Source: Pseudomonadota bacterium (GTDB lineage: Bacteria > Myxococcota > JACRCW01 > JAFGSX01). From it: a stretch of DNA of 64,000 nt. The stretch spans positions 1 through 64,000 of the forward strand of contig JBDRCO010000043.1 in NCBI GenBank assembly GCA_043821645.1, written 5' to 3'. The notes under the pieces are model-generated. The model did no database searches and was not told where the DNA came from. It saw only the letters and a program-made list of their open reading frames with translations. Of this stretch, positions 40,657 through 50,215 are shown one piece after another. Numbering within the stretch: the stretch's first letter is position 1; every line of letters begins with the position of its first letter. Both the position numbers and the translations under genes were made by a program.

Positions 40657-41262
40657 ATGCCACCATTGTTCCCGCCTGACGTCCGGCGCTGGCCAGCGCA
40701 CCCTCTCGCCGCGCCAGAGCACCCCGTACCGCTCAAAGAACTTCCTGCGGTGACGCTGCGACCGCTGCAGGACAGCGACTACCCCGTGCTCGAGGACTGG
40801 GTGCAGATCCCCGACGTGTGCCAGCAACTCGAGTACGAGGCGCCACCCAACAGACACGAGCTCAAGGTCGCCGTGCTGGGGCGGCAGTTCGAACTCCTGA
40901 TGATACAGGGCGACGCGCAGCCGGTAGGTTTCTTCCTGGTCTACTTTCGCGGCCTGGTGGCCCACCGCAGCCGCGAGTTCGACATCGCCGTGCCGGCGAA
41001 GGTGCAGCGCCAGCAGGGCCTGGCCCAGGCCGCCATCCGCGCCCTCGAGCACTGGGCTTTCGACGAGCAAGGGCTGGTCGGCGTGTGGGCCAAGATCTTC
41101 GCCGACAACCACCCCTGCCTGGAGCTGGTGCGCGCCTGCGGCTGGCCCCGCTCGGCGACCGTGGAGCGGGCCTACCCCGTGGGCGACGCGCTGCGCGACG
41201 TGGTCTTCACCTGGATGACGCCGGAGATCCGCGCGACCTTGAAACAGCGTCGGGGGTTCTAG
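40657..41262 (+). CDS. GNAT-family (RimJ/RimL-like) acetyltransferase
   Basis: VTLRPL, QRQQGLAQAAI (motif A), IFADNHPCLELVRACGW. Confidence 0.8.
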   Translation: MPPLFPPDVRRWPAHPLAAPEHPVPLKELPAVTLRPLQDSDYPVLEDWVQIPDVCQQLEYEAPPNRHELKVAVLGRQFELLMIQGDAQPVGFFLVYFRGLVAHRSREFDIAVPAKVQRQQGLAQAAIRALEHWAFDEQGLVGVWAKIFADNHPCLELVRACGWPRSATVERAYPVGDALRDVVFTWMTPEIRATLKQRRGF

Positions 41263-41296
41263 CGACTGGCGCAACGGTGCGTGCAGGTCCCGCGGT

Positions 41297-42196
41297 TCAT
41301 GGGAGACACAGGTTGGGGGTGGTGCCGGTGTCGCAGGTCCGGTCCGAGGGGCAGCCGCCGTTCTGGAGACAGGGCAGACGGCAGCTGGTGGTTCCCTCAG
41401 CGCAGATCAGGGGCACCAGGCAGCCAGTATCCACTTGGCAGCTTTCGCCCTCGGCCGAGGGACAGCCGTCGGCGTCGCACCTCACGCAGTCCACGCAGCT
41501 CGTCTCGGTCTCGTCGGTGTCACAGTTGCCGTCAAAATTACAGGCGCAGTCCCACGGGCAGCTGAACGCGCTCTCGCCGGTGTCGCAGATGCCATCGTCG
41601 TCGCAGGAGCAGTCGTGTGGGCAGGTGTAGGCGTTCTCCTTGAAGGGATCGCAGATGTCGTCCTCGAGACATTCACATTCGCTGCAGGCGCCCGTCCGGT
41701 AGGCCGTGCAGTGTGCGTCGGTGGCGCCGGAGCACACCTCGGGACAATCGCGGCCGCAGTTGTCCGGGTCCTCGAGGCTGTCGGGCTGACAGAGCAGATC
41801 GCCGCACTTGGGTTCACCGTCCTGCAGACAGCTGCCGAGGTCACGATCGGCCTGGTCGAGGTTGTCGCCGCCGATGCAGCCCATGTAGCTGTCGTAGTCC
41901 GCCGCGCAGGGAAGCCTGGCTCCCACATCCGAGCAGCTCGGCTCGCTATCGCGCAGGCAGCGGACCCATGTATCCCAGCGCTCGCGGCACTCAGACCCCT
42001 CGGGGCGCATGCAATCGACCACGTCGAGGCAGATATCCGTTTCCCTGATGCTGTTGCAGCCGCTCCAGATCCGCTTCACCTCGTCACAGATCTCGTCGTC
42101 GGTGAAGAGCGCGGGCCCGAGCAGCCCCTCGACCAGGGCACAGCCTGCCAGCGCGATCAGGATGAGGGCGATGGCGACCTGGATGCGGCGTCGCAT
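41297..42196 (-). CDS. Cys-rich repeat lipoprotein
   Basis: Lipobox LAGC, repeated C-x-x-D-G-x-C-D-x-x-E-xxxx-C-x-x-D-C units. TGATG overlap with the upstream gene. Confidence 0.75.
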   Translation of the reverse strand: MRRRIQVAIALILIALAGCALVEGLLGPALFTDDEICDEVKRIWSGCNSIRETDICLDVVDCMRPEGSECRERWDTWVRCLRDSEPSCSDVGARLPCAADYDSYMGCIGGDNLDQADRDLGSCLQDGEPKCGDLLCQPDSLEDPDNCGRDCPEVCSGATDAHCTAYRTGACSECECLEDDICDPFKENAYTCPHDCSCDDDGICDTGESAFSCPWDCACNFDGNCDTDETETSCVDCVRCDADGCPSAEGESCQVDTGCLVPLICAEGTTSCRLPCLQNGGCPSDRTCDTGTTPNLCLP

Positions 42197-43395
42197 CACT
42201 CGCTCTCCTCGAAGGGGTTGAGAAGCAATCCAGCCCCGACGCAGAGCGCGGCGCCTCCGTACATGACCAGGGGGATACCATCGAACAGATCGACCTGGTG
42301 GTCGCGGCTGGTGTCCGGGAAGTAGTCCAGGGCGAGGCCACCTGCCGCCAGGCCGCCGCCCAGCGCCAGCAGGCCCCATTGCCACAGATGGCCGGCCAAG
42401 GGCAGCCCGTTGCCATCGAGGGCAGTGCCCAGGGCGAAAACCCCGAGCCCGGCCGCCGAGCCCACGGCCAGCAAAGCCTCGGCTCCACCGATGCCGTAGG
42501 AGAGAGGGACAGCCCAGGCCTGGTCGCTCGACCCTCCCGACGGATCCTTGTTGATCTCATCCTGCAACATGCTCGCGGACTGCACGGGCCCGACCACGGG
42601 AATGGCCATGAGCTGCAAAAACTCGCCCGGAGCGCCACTCTGCAGGGCGATGAACAACCCGCTGAAGTAGGTCGCAGCCAGCGCCACGGCGCTGACGCTG
42701 CCGACGATCGCACCTGTCCACAGCATCCAGCCCAGGTCGTTGTCATTGGCCTTGCCCGCGGCCGACGCTGGCGCGGTCGTCGTCGTCGCAACAGGCAACT
42801 GGTTCGCGGGCAGCAAGCCGCGCAGCAGATCGGCCATGGCGGGCTCCACCTCCACTGCCAGCGCCTCGTGACTGGTCACCTTGATGCTGCGGCGGGCCAC
42901 GGCCTGCGCCCTGTCGGCGTCGAACAGGCTGAGCTGCACCACGGTGGTCGTGCCGAGCATGCCCACGTTGCCGAAGATCACGTACTCGGCGCCCATGGCG
43001 CCGGCCACCTCGGCGAGACAGGAATTGCTGTCACAGCCCACCTGTTGCTTGCCGCTCTCGAGTTCCACCAGGTTGCGGATATCGGTGGTGGAGATGGTCT
43101 GCAGGCTGGGGTAGCGCGCCACCGCGTCGGTGATGAGCCCCCCCAGTACCGTGACCATGGACTTGTCCACACCCACGGGAGTCAGGTCCATGATCAGGAT
43201 GCGCCGGCGACGGGGGGGCGGATCCACCGCGGGCTCGGTGCTGGCGGAACCCACGGCCTGTCCCGAGACCCCGTCCGCCCTGCCATGGTGGGTGGTGGCG
43301 CTGGCCGAACCCTGTGCCCGGAGCTGGGGACACAGCAGCATCCCGGCAAGGGCAAGCACAGCGCAAGAGGGCGCGACGGCGGGATGACGACTCAT
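42196..43395 (-). CDS. Hypothetical exported protein with a CsgG/TolB-N-like alpha/beta domain and C-terminal hydrophobic helices
   Basis: Signal peptide, GCDSNSCLAEVAGAMGAEYVIFGNVG motif, Gly-rich TM segments. Confidence 0.65.
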   Translation of the reverse strand: MSRHPAVAPSCAVLALAGMLLCPQLRAQGSASATTHHGRADGVSGQAVGSASTEPAVDPPPRRRRILIMDLTPVGVDKSMVTVLGGLITDAVARYPSLQTISTTDIRNLVELESGKQQVGCDSNSCLAEVAGAMGAEYVIFGNVGMLGTTTVVQLSLFDADRAQAVARRSIKVTSHEALAVEVEPAMADLLRGLLPANQLPVATTTTAPASAAGKANDNDLGWMLWTGAIVGSVSAVALAATYFSGLFIALQSGAPGEFLQLMAIPVVGPVQSASMLQDEINKDPSGGSSDQAWAVPLSYGIGGAEALLAVGSAAGLGVFALGTALDGNGLPLAGHLWQWGLLALGGGLAAGGLALDYFPDTSRDHQVDLFDGIPLVMYGGAALCVGAGLLLNPFEESE

Positions 43396-43500
43396 GGCAG
43401 CGCAGTATGCATGGCCTCGTCGGAGCTGTCGATCCTGGAGGCTGCGCCGGGTGGCAGCAGCCGGATCCCAGGATGCTGTTCGAAGCCCGAGGTGGCGACG

Positions 43501-43529
43501 TTGACAGCCCCCCCCAGCACCCATAAATT
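43501..43529 (+). promoter_or_regulatory. Sigma70-type promoter for the TPAT/acyl-CoA ligase operon
   Basis: TTGACA (43501-43506), 17-bp spacer, TAAATT (43524-43529), about 80 bp before tatT. Confidence 0.7.
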
Positions 43530-43609
43530 GCCGGCCAGCTCGTCCTCTGGGTGGGGGACCTGAGCCCACAATCGATCTGACGCAGTGCGCATCACGCAAG
43601 GAGGCAGCG

Positions 43610-44509
43610 GTGCGGATACACAATGCTCTGACAATCTCGATGGGATTTGTTCTCGCTGCGCAGCTGGGCTGCGGCGCCTCGCGCCAGACCGCCTACCTGC
43701 AGGACAGCGCCGACGCCAAGACCCCCGAGGGCGCCTCGGATGAGACGGCACTGCAGAGCCTGCACGACCAGGCGGAGGCTGCCTGGCAAGCGCGCGAGGA
43801 CACCGCCAAGCTGCGCGAGGCCATTGCCCTGTACGAGCAGGTCCTGACCAAGAAGTCCGACGATCGCGAGCTGCTGACCCGACTGGCGCGCGCCTATTAC
43901 TTCTTGGGCAATGGCCACCTGACCGAGAAGGACGAGGTGCTGGCCGCCTTTGACAGGGGCGCGCGCTACGGCGAGCAGGCCATGGCGCTCAACACGGAGT
44001 TCAAGAAAGCCGTGGCTGGCGGCGCAGATGACGACGAGGCTCTCAAGCACCTGACCAAGGACGACGTGGGCGGTCTGTACTGGGCGTACAGCAACCTCGG
44101 CAAGTGGTCGGTGCTCATGGGTTTCACCACCGTGCTCAAGTACAAGAACAAGCTCAAGCGCTTCATCGACCGCGTGACCGAGCTCGATCCCAGCTTCTTT
44201 TACGGTGCGGCCGATCGTGGCCAGGGTGCGTTCTACGCCAAGGCGCCGGATTTTGCCGGTGGCGACCTCGACAAGGCCAAGACCCACTTCACGCGCTCGC
44301 TCAACATCGCGCCCGACTACCTCGGCACCAAGGTGCTCATCGCCGAGTACTGGGCCACCAAGAAGCAGGACAAGGACATGTACCAGAAGCTGCTCAAGGA
44401 GGTGCTGGAGGCGGACCCGGCCAGCCTTCCGGACATCGTGCCCGAGCAGAAGGCCGAGCAGAAGAATGCTCAGAAGCTGCTCGACGAGATGGACGACCGC
44501 TTCGAGTAG
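43610..44509 (+). CDS. tatT: TRAP transporter TatT component (TPR-like lipoprotein)
   Basis: Lipobox QLGC, LYW...GKW, LDPSFFYGA, YAKAPDFAGGDLDKAKTHF, D...Y..LL.EVL.AD, Q..AQKLL. Directly upstream of dctP. Confidence 0.82.
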   Translation: MRIHNALTISMGFVLAAQLGCGASRQTAYLQDSADAKTPEGASDETALQSLHDQAEAAWQAREDTAKLREAIALYEQVLTKKSDDRELLTRLARAYYFLGNGHLTEKDEVLAAFDRGARYGEQAMALNTEFKKAVAGGADDDEALKHLTKDDVGGLYWAYSNLGKWSVLMGFTTVLKYKNKLKRFIDRVTELDPSFFYGAADRGQGAFYAKAPDFAGGDLDKAKTHFTRSLNIAPDYLGTKVLIAEYWATKKQDKDMYQKLLKEVLEADPASLPDIVPEQKAEQKNAQKLLDEMDDRFE

Positions 44510-44585
44510 TGTCTGACGGCGAGCGCCCTTCTCCTTTCGCGCTCACGACCTGCGCAGCCCGCGCGCTGCGTACCCGGAGGCTCTG

Positions 44586-45605
44586 ATGAGACATCTCGCG
44601 ATCGTGGCGACGCTGTGTGCTGCTGTCTTCGCCCTGCTGGTCCTGCCCTCGACCATCCGCGCCGACAAGGCCGAGTTCGTGATCAAGTTCGGCACCGTGG
44701 CCCCCGACGGCACGCCCTGGGCGGACCAGCTCCGCTCCATCAAGAAGCGCGTCGAGAGCGAGAGCAAGGGCCGCATCAAGATGAAGCTGTTTTTGGGCGG
44801 TACCCTGGGCGGCGAGGTCGAGATGGTGCGCGCCCTGCGGCGCGGCCGCATCCAGGGCTGGGGCGGCTCCACCGCGGCCCTCGCCGAAGGCGCGAGCCTG
44901 GATCCGCTGCTGGTGTTCGAGCTGCCCTTCTTCTTCCGCAGCTTCGAGGAGGCGGACTACATCGCCGACAAGGTGGTCAAGGACGACTTCGTCACGCTGC
45001 TCAACAAGAACGGCTTCGTGTTCGGCCACTGGAACGAGAACGGCTGGCGCAACTTCGGTACCACCAAGCCCGCGCACACGCTCGCGGACCTGCGCACCAT
45101 GAAGATGCGCTCGCAGGAGGCCCCCACCCACCTGGCCATGTACCAGGCCCTGGGCGTGCAGGCCGAGAGCATCCCGGTGCCCGAGGTCCTGGGTGCCCTG
45201 AAGACCAGCATGGTCGATGGCTTCGACAACACCCCGCTGTTCTCGTCGGCCACCGGCTGGTACGAGGGCATCAAGCACTACACCATCTCGCGCCACATCT
45301 ACCAGCCAGCCATCATCGTCTACTCCAAGAAGTTCGTCGACGAGCTGCCGCCCGACCTGCAGAAGATCCTCATCGGCGACCCCGACAAGGAGAGTGTCGA
45401 GGCGCGCAAGAACGTGCGCGCCATGGCGACCCCGCTGATGCAGAACTTCAAGGAGGCGGGCATCACCGTCTACGAGCTGACGCCGGCAGAGCGCAAGCCC
45501 TTCGAGGATGCCTGCGCCAAGGTGCCGGACCAGTTCGAGAAGAAGATTGGCAAGAAGCTCCTGGACAAGGTCAAGGCCGCGCTGGCCGAGATACGAAAGA
45601 AGTAG
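44586..45605 (+). CDS. dctP: TRAP substrate-binding protein DctP (TatP type)
   Basis: IKFGTVAPDGTPW, GGTLGGEVEMV, ELPFFF, ENGWRNF, EVLGALKTSMVDGFDNTP. Confidence 0.92.
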   Translation: MRHLAIVATLCAAVFALLVLPSTIRADKAEFVIKFGTVAPDGTPWADQLRSIKKRVESESKGRIKMKLFLGGTLGGEVEMVRALRRGRIQGWGGSTAALAEGASLDPLLVFELPFFFRSFEEADYIADKVVKDDFVTLLNKNGFVFGHWNENGWRNFGTTKPAHTLADLRTMKMRSQEAPTHLAMYQALGVQAESIPVPEVLGALKTSMVDGFDNTPLFSSATGWYEGIKHYTISRHIYQPAIIVYSKKFVDELPPDLQKILIGDPDKESVEARKNVRAMATPLMQNFKEAGITVYELTPAERKPFEDACAKVPDQFEKKIGKKLLDKVKAALAEIRKK

Positions 45606-45611
45606 GCGTCC

Positions 45612-47534
45612 ATGGTCAGCCTGACCCTCAAGCACCTGGTGCAGACCGATCCCGAAGGCGTCGCCCTGAAACCCGAGAACGTGCTCGCCGTGGGTGGCTA
45701 TCGCAGCGTCGGCGAGATGTTCGAGGCCGCCATCGAGCGTTTTAACGATCGCGTGGCCATGCGCCACCGCGACCGCACCGCCCAGCAATGGCTCGACCTG
45801 AGCTGGCTCGACCTGCGCAAGGCCGTGCACGAGGTGGCTGCGGGGCTCATCGACGTCGGCGTGCAGCACGGCGATCGCGTGGCCATCCTGTCGGCCAGCC
45901 GCCTCGAGTGGGCGCTGACCGACCTGGCTTGCCTGGTCAGCGGTGCAGTGACCGTCCCCATCTACCCCAGCAACCTGTCGCACGAGGTCCACTACGTGCT
46001 CGAGCACAGCGGCGCGCGGGTGGTGGTGTGCGAGGACCGCGAGCAGCTGGGCAAGGTGCTCGAGGTGTGGGACCGCCTGCCCGAGCTCGAGCTGGCGGTG
46101 CTCCTCGACGGCAAGGTCAAGGCCGACGACGAGCGCCTGTGCACCTTTGTCCGCCTGCGCGAGCGCGGTCGGGCCCGGCTCGCCGAGCATCCCGCGTGCG
46201 TGGCCGGGCGCCGCGACCAGGTGCGGCCCCCCGACGCCGCCACCATCGTGTACACCTCGGGCACCACGGGCCCACCCAAGGGCGCCCTGCTCACCCACAC
46301 CAACGTGCTGTTCGAGCTGCACGCCATGCGCGGCGTGCTCGAGGTCGACACCAGCGACGAGACCCTGCTGTTCTTGCCCCTGGCCCACATCTTTGGCCGC
46401 GTGGGCTTTCTGGCCATGCTGCAGTTCGGCTACATCGTCAGCTTCGCCGAGAGCATCGACCGCGCCATCGACAACATGCAGGAGGTGCGCCCCACCTTCG
46501 TGTTCAGCGTGCCGCGCATCTACGAGAAGGTGTACGAGAAGGTCATGGCCGGGGTGCGCGGGGGCGGCCGCATAAAGCGCCAGCTCTTCGCCTTCTCCAT
46601 GGCCGTGGGCCGCGCCGTGAGCCAGCGCCGGCAGGCGCAGAAGGGCATCCCGCCCCACCTGTACTTCAGCTTTCAGGCCGCCAAGCTGCTGGTGTTCAAC
46701 ACCCTCAAGAACACCTTCGGTGGCGAGCTGCGCTTCTTCATCTCCGGCGGTGCGCCCCTGGCGCGCGAGATCGCCGAGTTCCTGCACGCTGCCGACATTT
46801 TGGTGCTCGAGGGCTACGGCCTGACCGAGGACGTCGCCGCGGCCAACGTCAATCGCCTGGGCAGCTTCGCCTTCGGCACCGTGGGGCCGCCCCTGGACGG
46901 CGTCGAGCAGAAGATCGCCACCGACGGTGAGATCCTGATTCGCGGCCACAACGTGTTCAAGGAGTACTACAAGAATCCCGAGGCCACTGCCGAGGCCATA
47001 GACCCCGAGGGTTGGTTCCACACCGGCGACATTGGCGAGTTCGACGCCGCGGGCCGCCTGCGCATCACTGACCGCAAGAAGGATCTCATCGTCACCGCGG
47101 GCGGCAAGAACGTGGCGCCCCAGAACCTCGAGAACCTGCTCAAGACCCAGGCCATCGTCAGCCAGGCCATGATCGTCGGCGACAAGCGCAAGTACCTGGT
47201 GGCCATCCTGACCCTCAATCCCGACGAACTTTTGCGCATCGCCGAGCGGCACGCGATCGCCTTCGATGACCTGGGAGACCTGGTCGAGCACCCCGAGGTT
47301 CAGCGCCAGGTCGACAAGGCCGTGGCCCGGGTCAACCGCGACCTGGCCTCGTACGAGACCATCAAGCGCTTTGCCTGCGTGTGGCCAGATTTCGAGGTGG
47401 GCGAGGAGCTCACTCCCTCGCTCAAGATCAAGCGCAAGGTCACCGGTCAGAAGTACCGAGACAAGATCGAGGCGCTGTACGCCGACGCCGGCGCGACCGG
47501 AGGCGACATCAGATCGGAGGCGGCACCTTCATGA
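45612..47534 (+). CDS. Long-chain fatty-acid--CoA ligase (AMP-binding, FadD/ACSL-like)
   Basis: YTSGTTGPPKG, FLPLAHIF, SVPRIYEK, EGYGLTE, GWFHTGDIG, ITDRKKDLIVTAGGKNVAP, ELTPSLKIKR. Confidence 0.92.
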   Translation: MVSLTLKHLVQTDPEGVALKPENVLAVGGYRSVGEMFEAAIERFNDRVAMRHRDRTAQQWLDLSWLDLRKAVHEVAAGLIDVGVQHGDRVAILSASRLEWALTDLACLVSGAVTVPIYPSNLSHEVHYVLEHSGARVVVCEDREQLGKVLEVWDRLPELELAVLLDGKVKADDERLCTFVRLRERGRARLAEHPACVAGRRDQVRPPDAATIVYTSGTTGPPKGALLTHTNVLFELHAMRGVLEVDTSDETLLFLPLAHIFGRVGFLAMLQFGYIVSFAESIDRAIDNMQEVRPTFVFSVPRIYEKVYEKVMAGVRGGGRIKRQLFAFSMAVGRAVSQRRQAQKGIPPHLYFSFQAAKLLVFNTLKNTFGGELRFFISGGAPLAREIAEFLHAADILVLEGYGLTEDVAAANVNRLGSFAFGTVGPPLDGVEQKIATDGEILIRGHNVFKEYYKNPEATAEAIDPEGWFHTGDIGEFDAAGRLRITDRKKDLIVTAGGKNVAPQNLENLLKTQAIVSQAMIVGDKRKYLVAILTLNPDELLRIAERHAIAFDDLGDLVEHPEVQRQVDKAVARVNRDLASYETIKRFACVWPDFEVGEELTPSLKIKRKVTGQKYRDKIEALYADAGATGGDIRSEAAPS

Positions 47535-50065
47535 GCCAGGCCCTCCTGTTCATCCGCAACAACATGTACCTGCCCGTCGAGCGCGGCTGGGTGGGCTTGT
47601 GGTCGCTCATCGGCTGGCTCATCCAGCAGCTGGTGTTCGCCATCATCGTCGTCGTGGCCCACGCCCTGGTGGCGATCCGCGATGTGTACCGGGTGGTCGA
47701 CCGGGTGATCCTGTTCGTCGAGAAGACCATCCTGGTCGTCGGACTGTGGGTGATGTCCCTGGCCGTGTTCGTGGTGGCGGTAGACCGCTGGCTCGACGTC
47801 ATCAACCTCGGCTGGTTCTGGGCCACCAAGCTGGCCCTGTTCCTGATGATCTGGGTCGGTTTCATCGGCGCCAGCGTGGCGGTCAAGGAGCGCAAGCACC
47901 TGACCATCGACGTGGCCAGCCGCGCCCTCGGCCCCCGGGGCGGACGCATGGCCGCATTCTTTGCCAACATCGCCTCGGCAGCGTTCTGCCTTGTGCTGCT
48001 CAAGCCCTCGATCGCCTACGTGCAGGAAGCCTTCAAGTTCGGCGACGTCGAGGGCGTGTTCCCGGTGCCGCTGTGGATCGTCGAGCTGGTCATCCCCTTC
48101 AGCTTGCTGGTCATGGCCGCCCGCTTTGTCGAGAACATCTTTCGCGAACCCGTGGACGTCGAGCTCCTGCGCGCCGAAGGCAAGCGCCCCGGTCCGCGCG
48201 CCAGCATGGGTTTGGCCCGCGACCCCATGGCCGCCAAGGACGTGATCATCGCGGGGCTTCTGCCCGGCTTTTTGCTCGGCGCGGTCGCGGTCTTTTACTT
48301 CAACGCCAGCCCGGGCTGGCTCACCCTGGTGGCCTGCATCCTGCTGCTGGTCATCGGTGCGCCGCTGTTCGTGCTCATCGGCGTCGCCACCCTGCTGGCG
48401 GTGGGCGTCATGGGCAACGGCGAGCTGGTCAGCGTCACCGAGGACATGTTCGGCGCGGTCAAGAAGGAGGTGCTGCTGGCCATCCCCTTCTTCATCCTGT
48501 CCGGCGCCATCATGACCGCGGGCAGCATCGCCACCCGCCTCATCGGCTTCGCACGCTCCCTGGTGGCGGGAATTCCGGGCGGCATGCTGGCAGCGACGGT
48601 GGTGGCCTGCGTGCTGTTCGGGGCGATCTCGGGCTCGGCGCCCGTCACGGTCATCGCCATCGGCGGCATCATGCTGCCGGCCCTGGTCAAGGAGCGCTAC
48701 AGCGAGGACCTGTCCATCGGCCTGGTGACGACGGCAGGCGCCATCGGCATCCTTATCCCGCCCAGCATTCCGCTCATCATCTACGCCATCATGGCGCCGG
48801 TCGAGGGCCACGCCCTGTCCATCCGCGACCTGTTCATCGCCGGCGTCCTGCCAGGCCTGCTGGTGGCCGTGGTGCTGGCCACCTACGCCATCTTCAAGCT
48901 GCCCGACGAGCGCTTTCGCAACCACGAGCACTTCTCGCTGAGCGGCATCGGTCGCGCCTTCAAGGACGGCGTGTTCTCGGTGCTGCTGATCCTGCTCATC
49001 TTCGTCGGTATCTACTTTGGCTTCTTCACCGTGGTCGAGGCCGCCGCGGTGTCTGTGATCTACGCCGTGCTGGTCGAGCTGGTGCTGCAGCCCACGCTCA
49101 ACCTGCTGAGCGCGCCCGCGGGCGAGCGCAAGCGCTTTGGCGACTACATCGAGTTCAAGCCCAGGGACATGCCGCGCACCTTCATCGACTCCAGCGTGAT
49201 GATGGGCTCCATCTTCCTGATCCTGGTGCTGGCCATGGCCCTGAACCGCTTCCTCACCGAGGAGCAGATCCCCGACGCTGCCACCGCCTGGATCTCGGGT
49301 TTCATCTCCAGCAAGCTCAGCTTCCTCATCATCATGAACCTGTTCTTGCTGGTGCTCGGCTGCCTCATGGACATCATGTCCGCGATCATGATCGTGGCGC
49401 CCCTGCTGGCTCCCATTGCGATTCACTACGGCATCGACCCCATCCACTTCGGCATCATCTTCGTCGTCAACTTGAGCATCGGCTACATCACGCCGCCCAT
49501 CGGCCTGAGCCTGTTCGTGGCGTCGAGCGTGTTCAACAAGCCGCTCACCCAGGTCATCCGCGCCTCCTTCCCCTACACCGTGATCATGCTGGTGGCCCTG
49601 GTCGGGGTCACCTACGTGCCGGCTTTCAGCCTGTTTTTGCTCGGTGACGCCTCGGCACCCCAAAGCGAGGCCTGCCAGCAGTACGTGGCCTGCCAGAAGG
49701 CGGTTGACCAGAAGCGCGGCAGCGCCACCCCGGATCTCGATGCGCGCTTCGGGCCCGAAGCAGAGTGCTGGGAGCGGCCCTTCTTCACGTCCAAGGCCAC
49801 CGCGGCTTGCACCGAGGCCCTCGAGGAGCTGCGCGACGACGACGAGTTGCATCCCCTGCCGGCGGTCTGTGGGGGGGATGGGGACGAGGATGAAGCGGGC
49901 GACGACTCCGAGGATGCCGTGGACGCTGCGCCTGCCACCGATGACGTGCAGCCCGCCCCGGGCGTGCCGGCACCCGACAAAGGTGCACATGCGGACGCCT
50001 CGGCACCCCCGGAACCGATCGATGACAGCGAGACCGCCGGCGAGGCGGCCGCAGACACACCCTGA
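47531..50065 (+). CDS. Fused TRAP small/large permease DctQM with a C-terminal Cys-rich/acidic extension
   Basis: DctQ (WVGFIGASVAVKERKHLTID) fused to DctM (LLAIPFFILSG, FGAISGSAP, GILIPPSIPLIIY, IDPIHFGI, GYITPPIGLSLFV). ATGA overlap with the ligase. Confidence 0.9.
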   Translation: MSQALLFIRNNMYLPVERGWVGLWSLIGWLIQQLVFAIIVVVAHALVAIRDVYRVVDRVILFVEKTILVVGLWVMSLAVFVVAVDRWLDVINLGWFWATKLALFLMIWVGFIGASVAVKERKHLTIDVASRALGPRGGRMAAFFANIASAAFCLVLLKPSIAYVQEAFKFGDVEGVFPVPLWIVELVIPFSLLVMAARFVENIFREPVDVELLRAEGKRPGPRASMGLARDPMAAKDVIIAGLLPGFLLGAVAVFYFNASPGWLTLVACILLLVIGAPLFVLIGVATLLAVGVMGNGELVSVTEDMFGAVKKEVLLAIPFFILSGAIMTAGSIATRLIGFARSLVAGIPGGMLAATVVACVLFGAISGSAPVTVIAIGGIMLPALVKERYSEDLSIGLVTTAGAIGILIPPSIPLIIYAIMAPVEGHALSIRDLFIAGVLPGLLVAVVLATYAIFKLPDERFRNHEHFSLSGIGRAFKDGVFSVLLILLIFVGIYFGFFTVVEAAAVSVIYAVLVELVLQPTLNLLSAPAGERKRFGDYIEFKPRDMPRTFIDSSVMMGSIFLILVLAMALNRFLTEEQIPDAATAWISGFISSKLSFLIIMNLFLLVLGCLMDIMSAIMIVAPLLAPIAIHYGIDPIHFGIIFVVNLSIGYITPPIGLSLFVASSVFNKPLTQVIRASFPYTVIMLVALVGVTYVPAFSLFLLGDASAPQSEACQQYVACQKAVDQKRGSATPDLDARFGPEAECWERPFFTSKATAACTEALEELRDDDELHPLPAVCGGDGDEDEAGDDSEDAVDAAPATDDVQPAPGVPAPDKGAHADASAPPEPIDDSETAGEAAADTP

Positions 50066-50215
50066 GGTCCTCCCCCGGGACCTCGCGCCCCTTCTCTCGT
50101 GACCCCCGTCCTTTCCGGTGCCCATCTCGACAGCCCTTGCGACCCTGCGAGGCCCGTGGAAGCATGCGCGCCGTGTGATCACCGACGTCAATCGGGGGAC
50201 CAAGGAGCGTCACGC

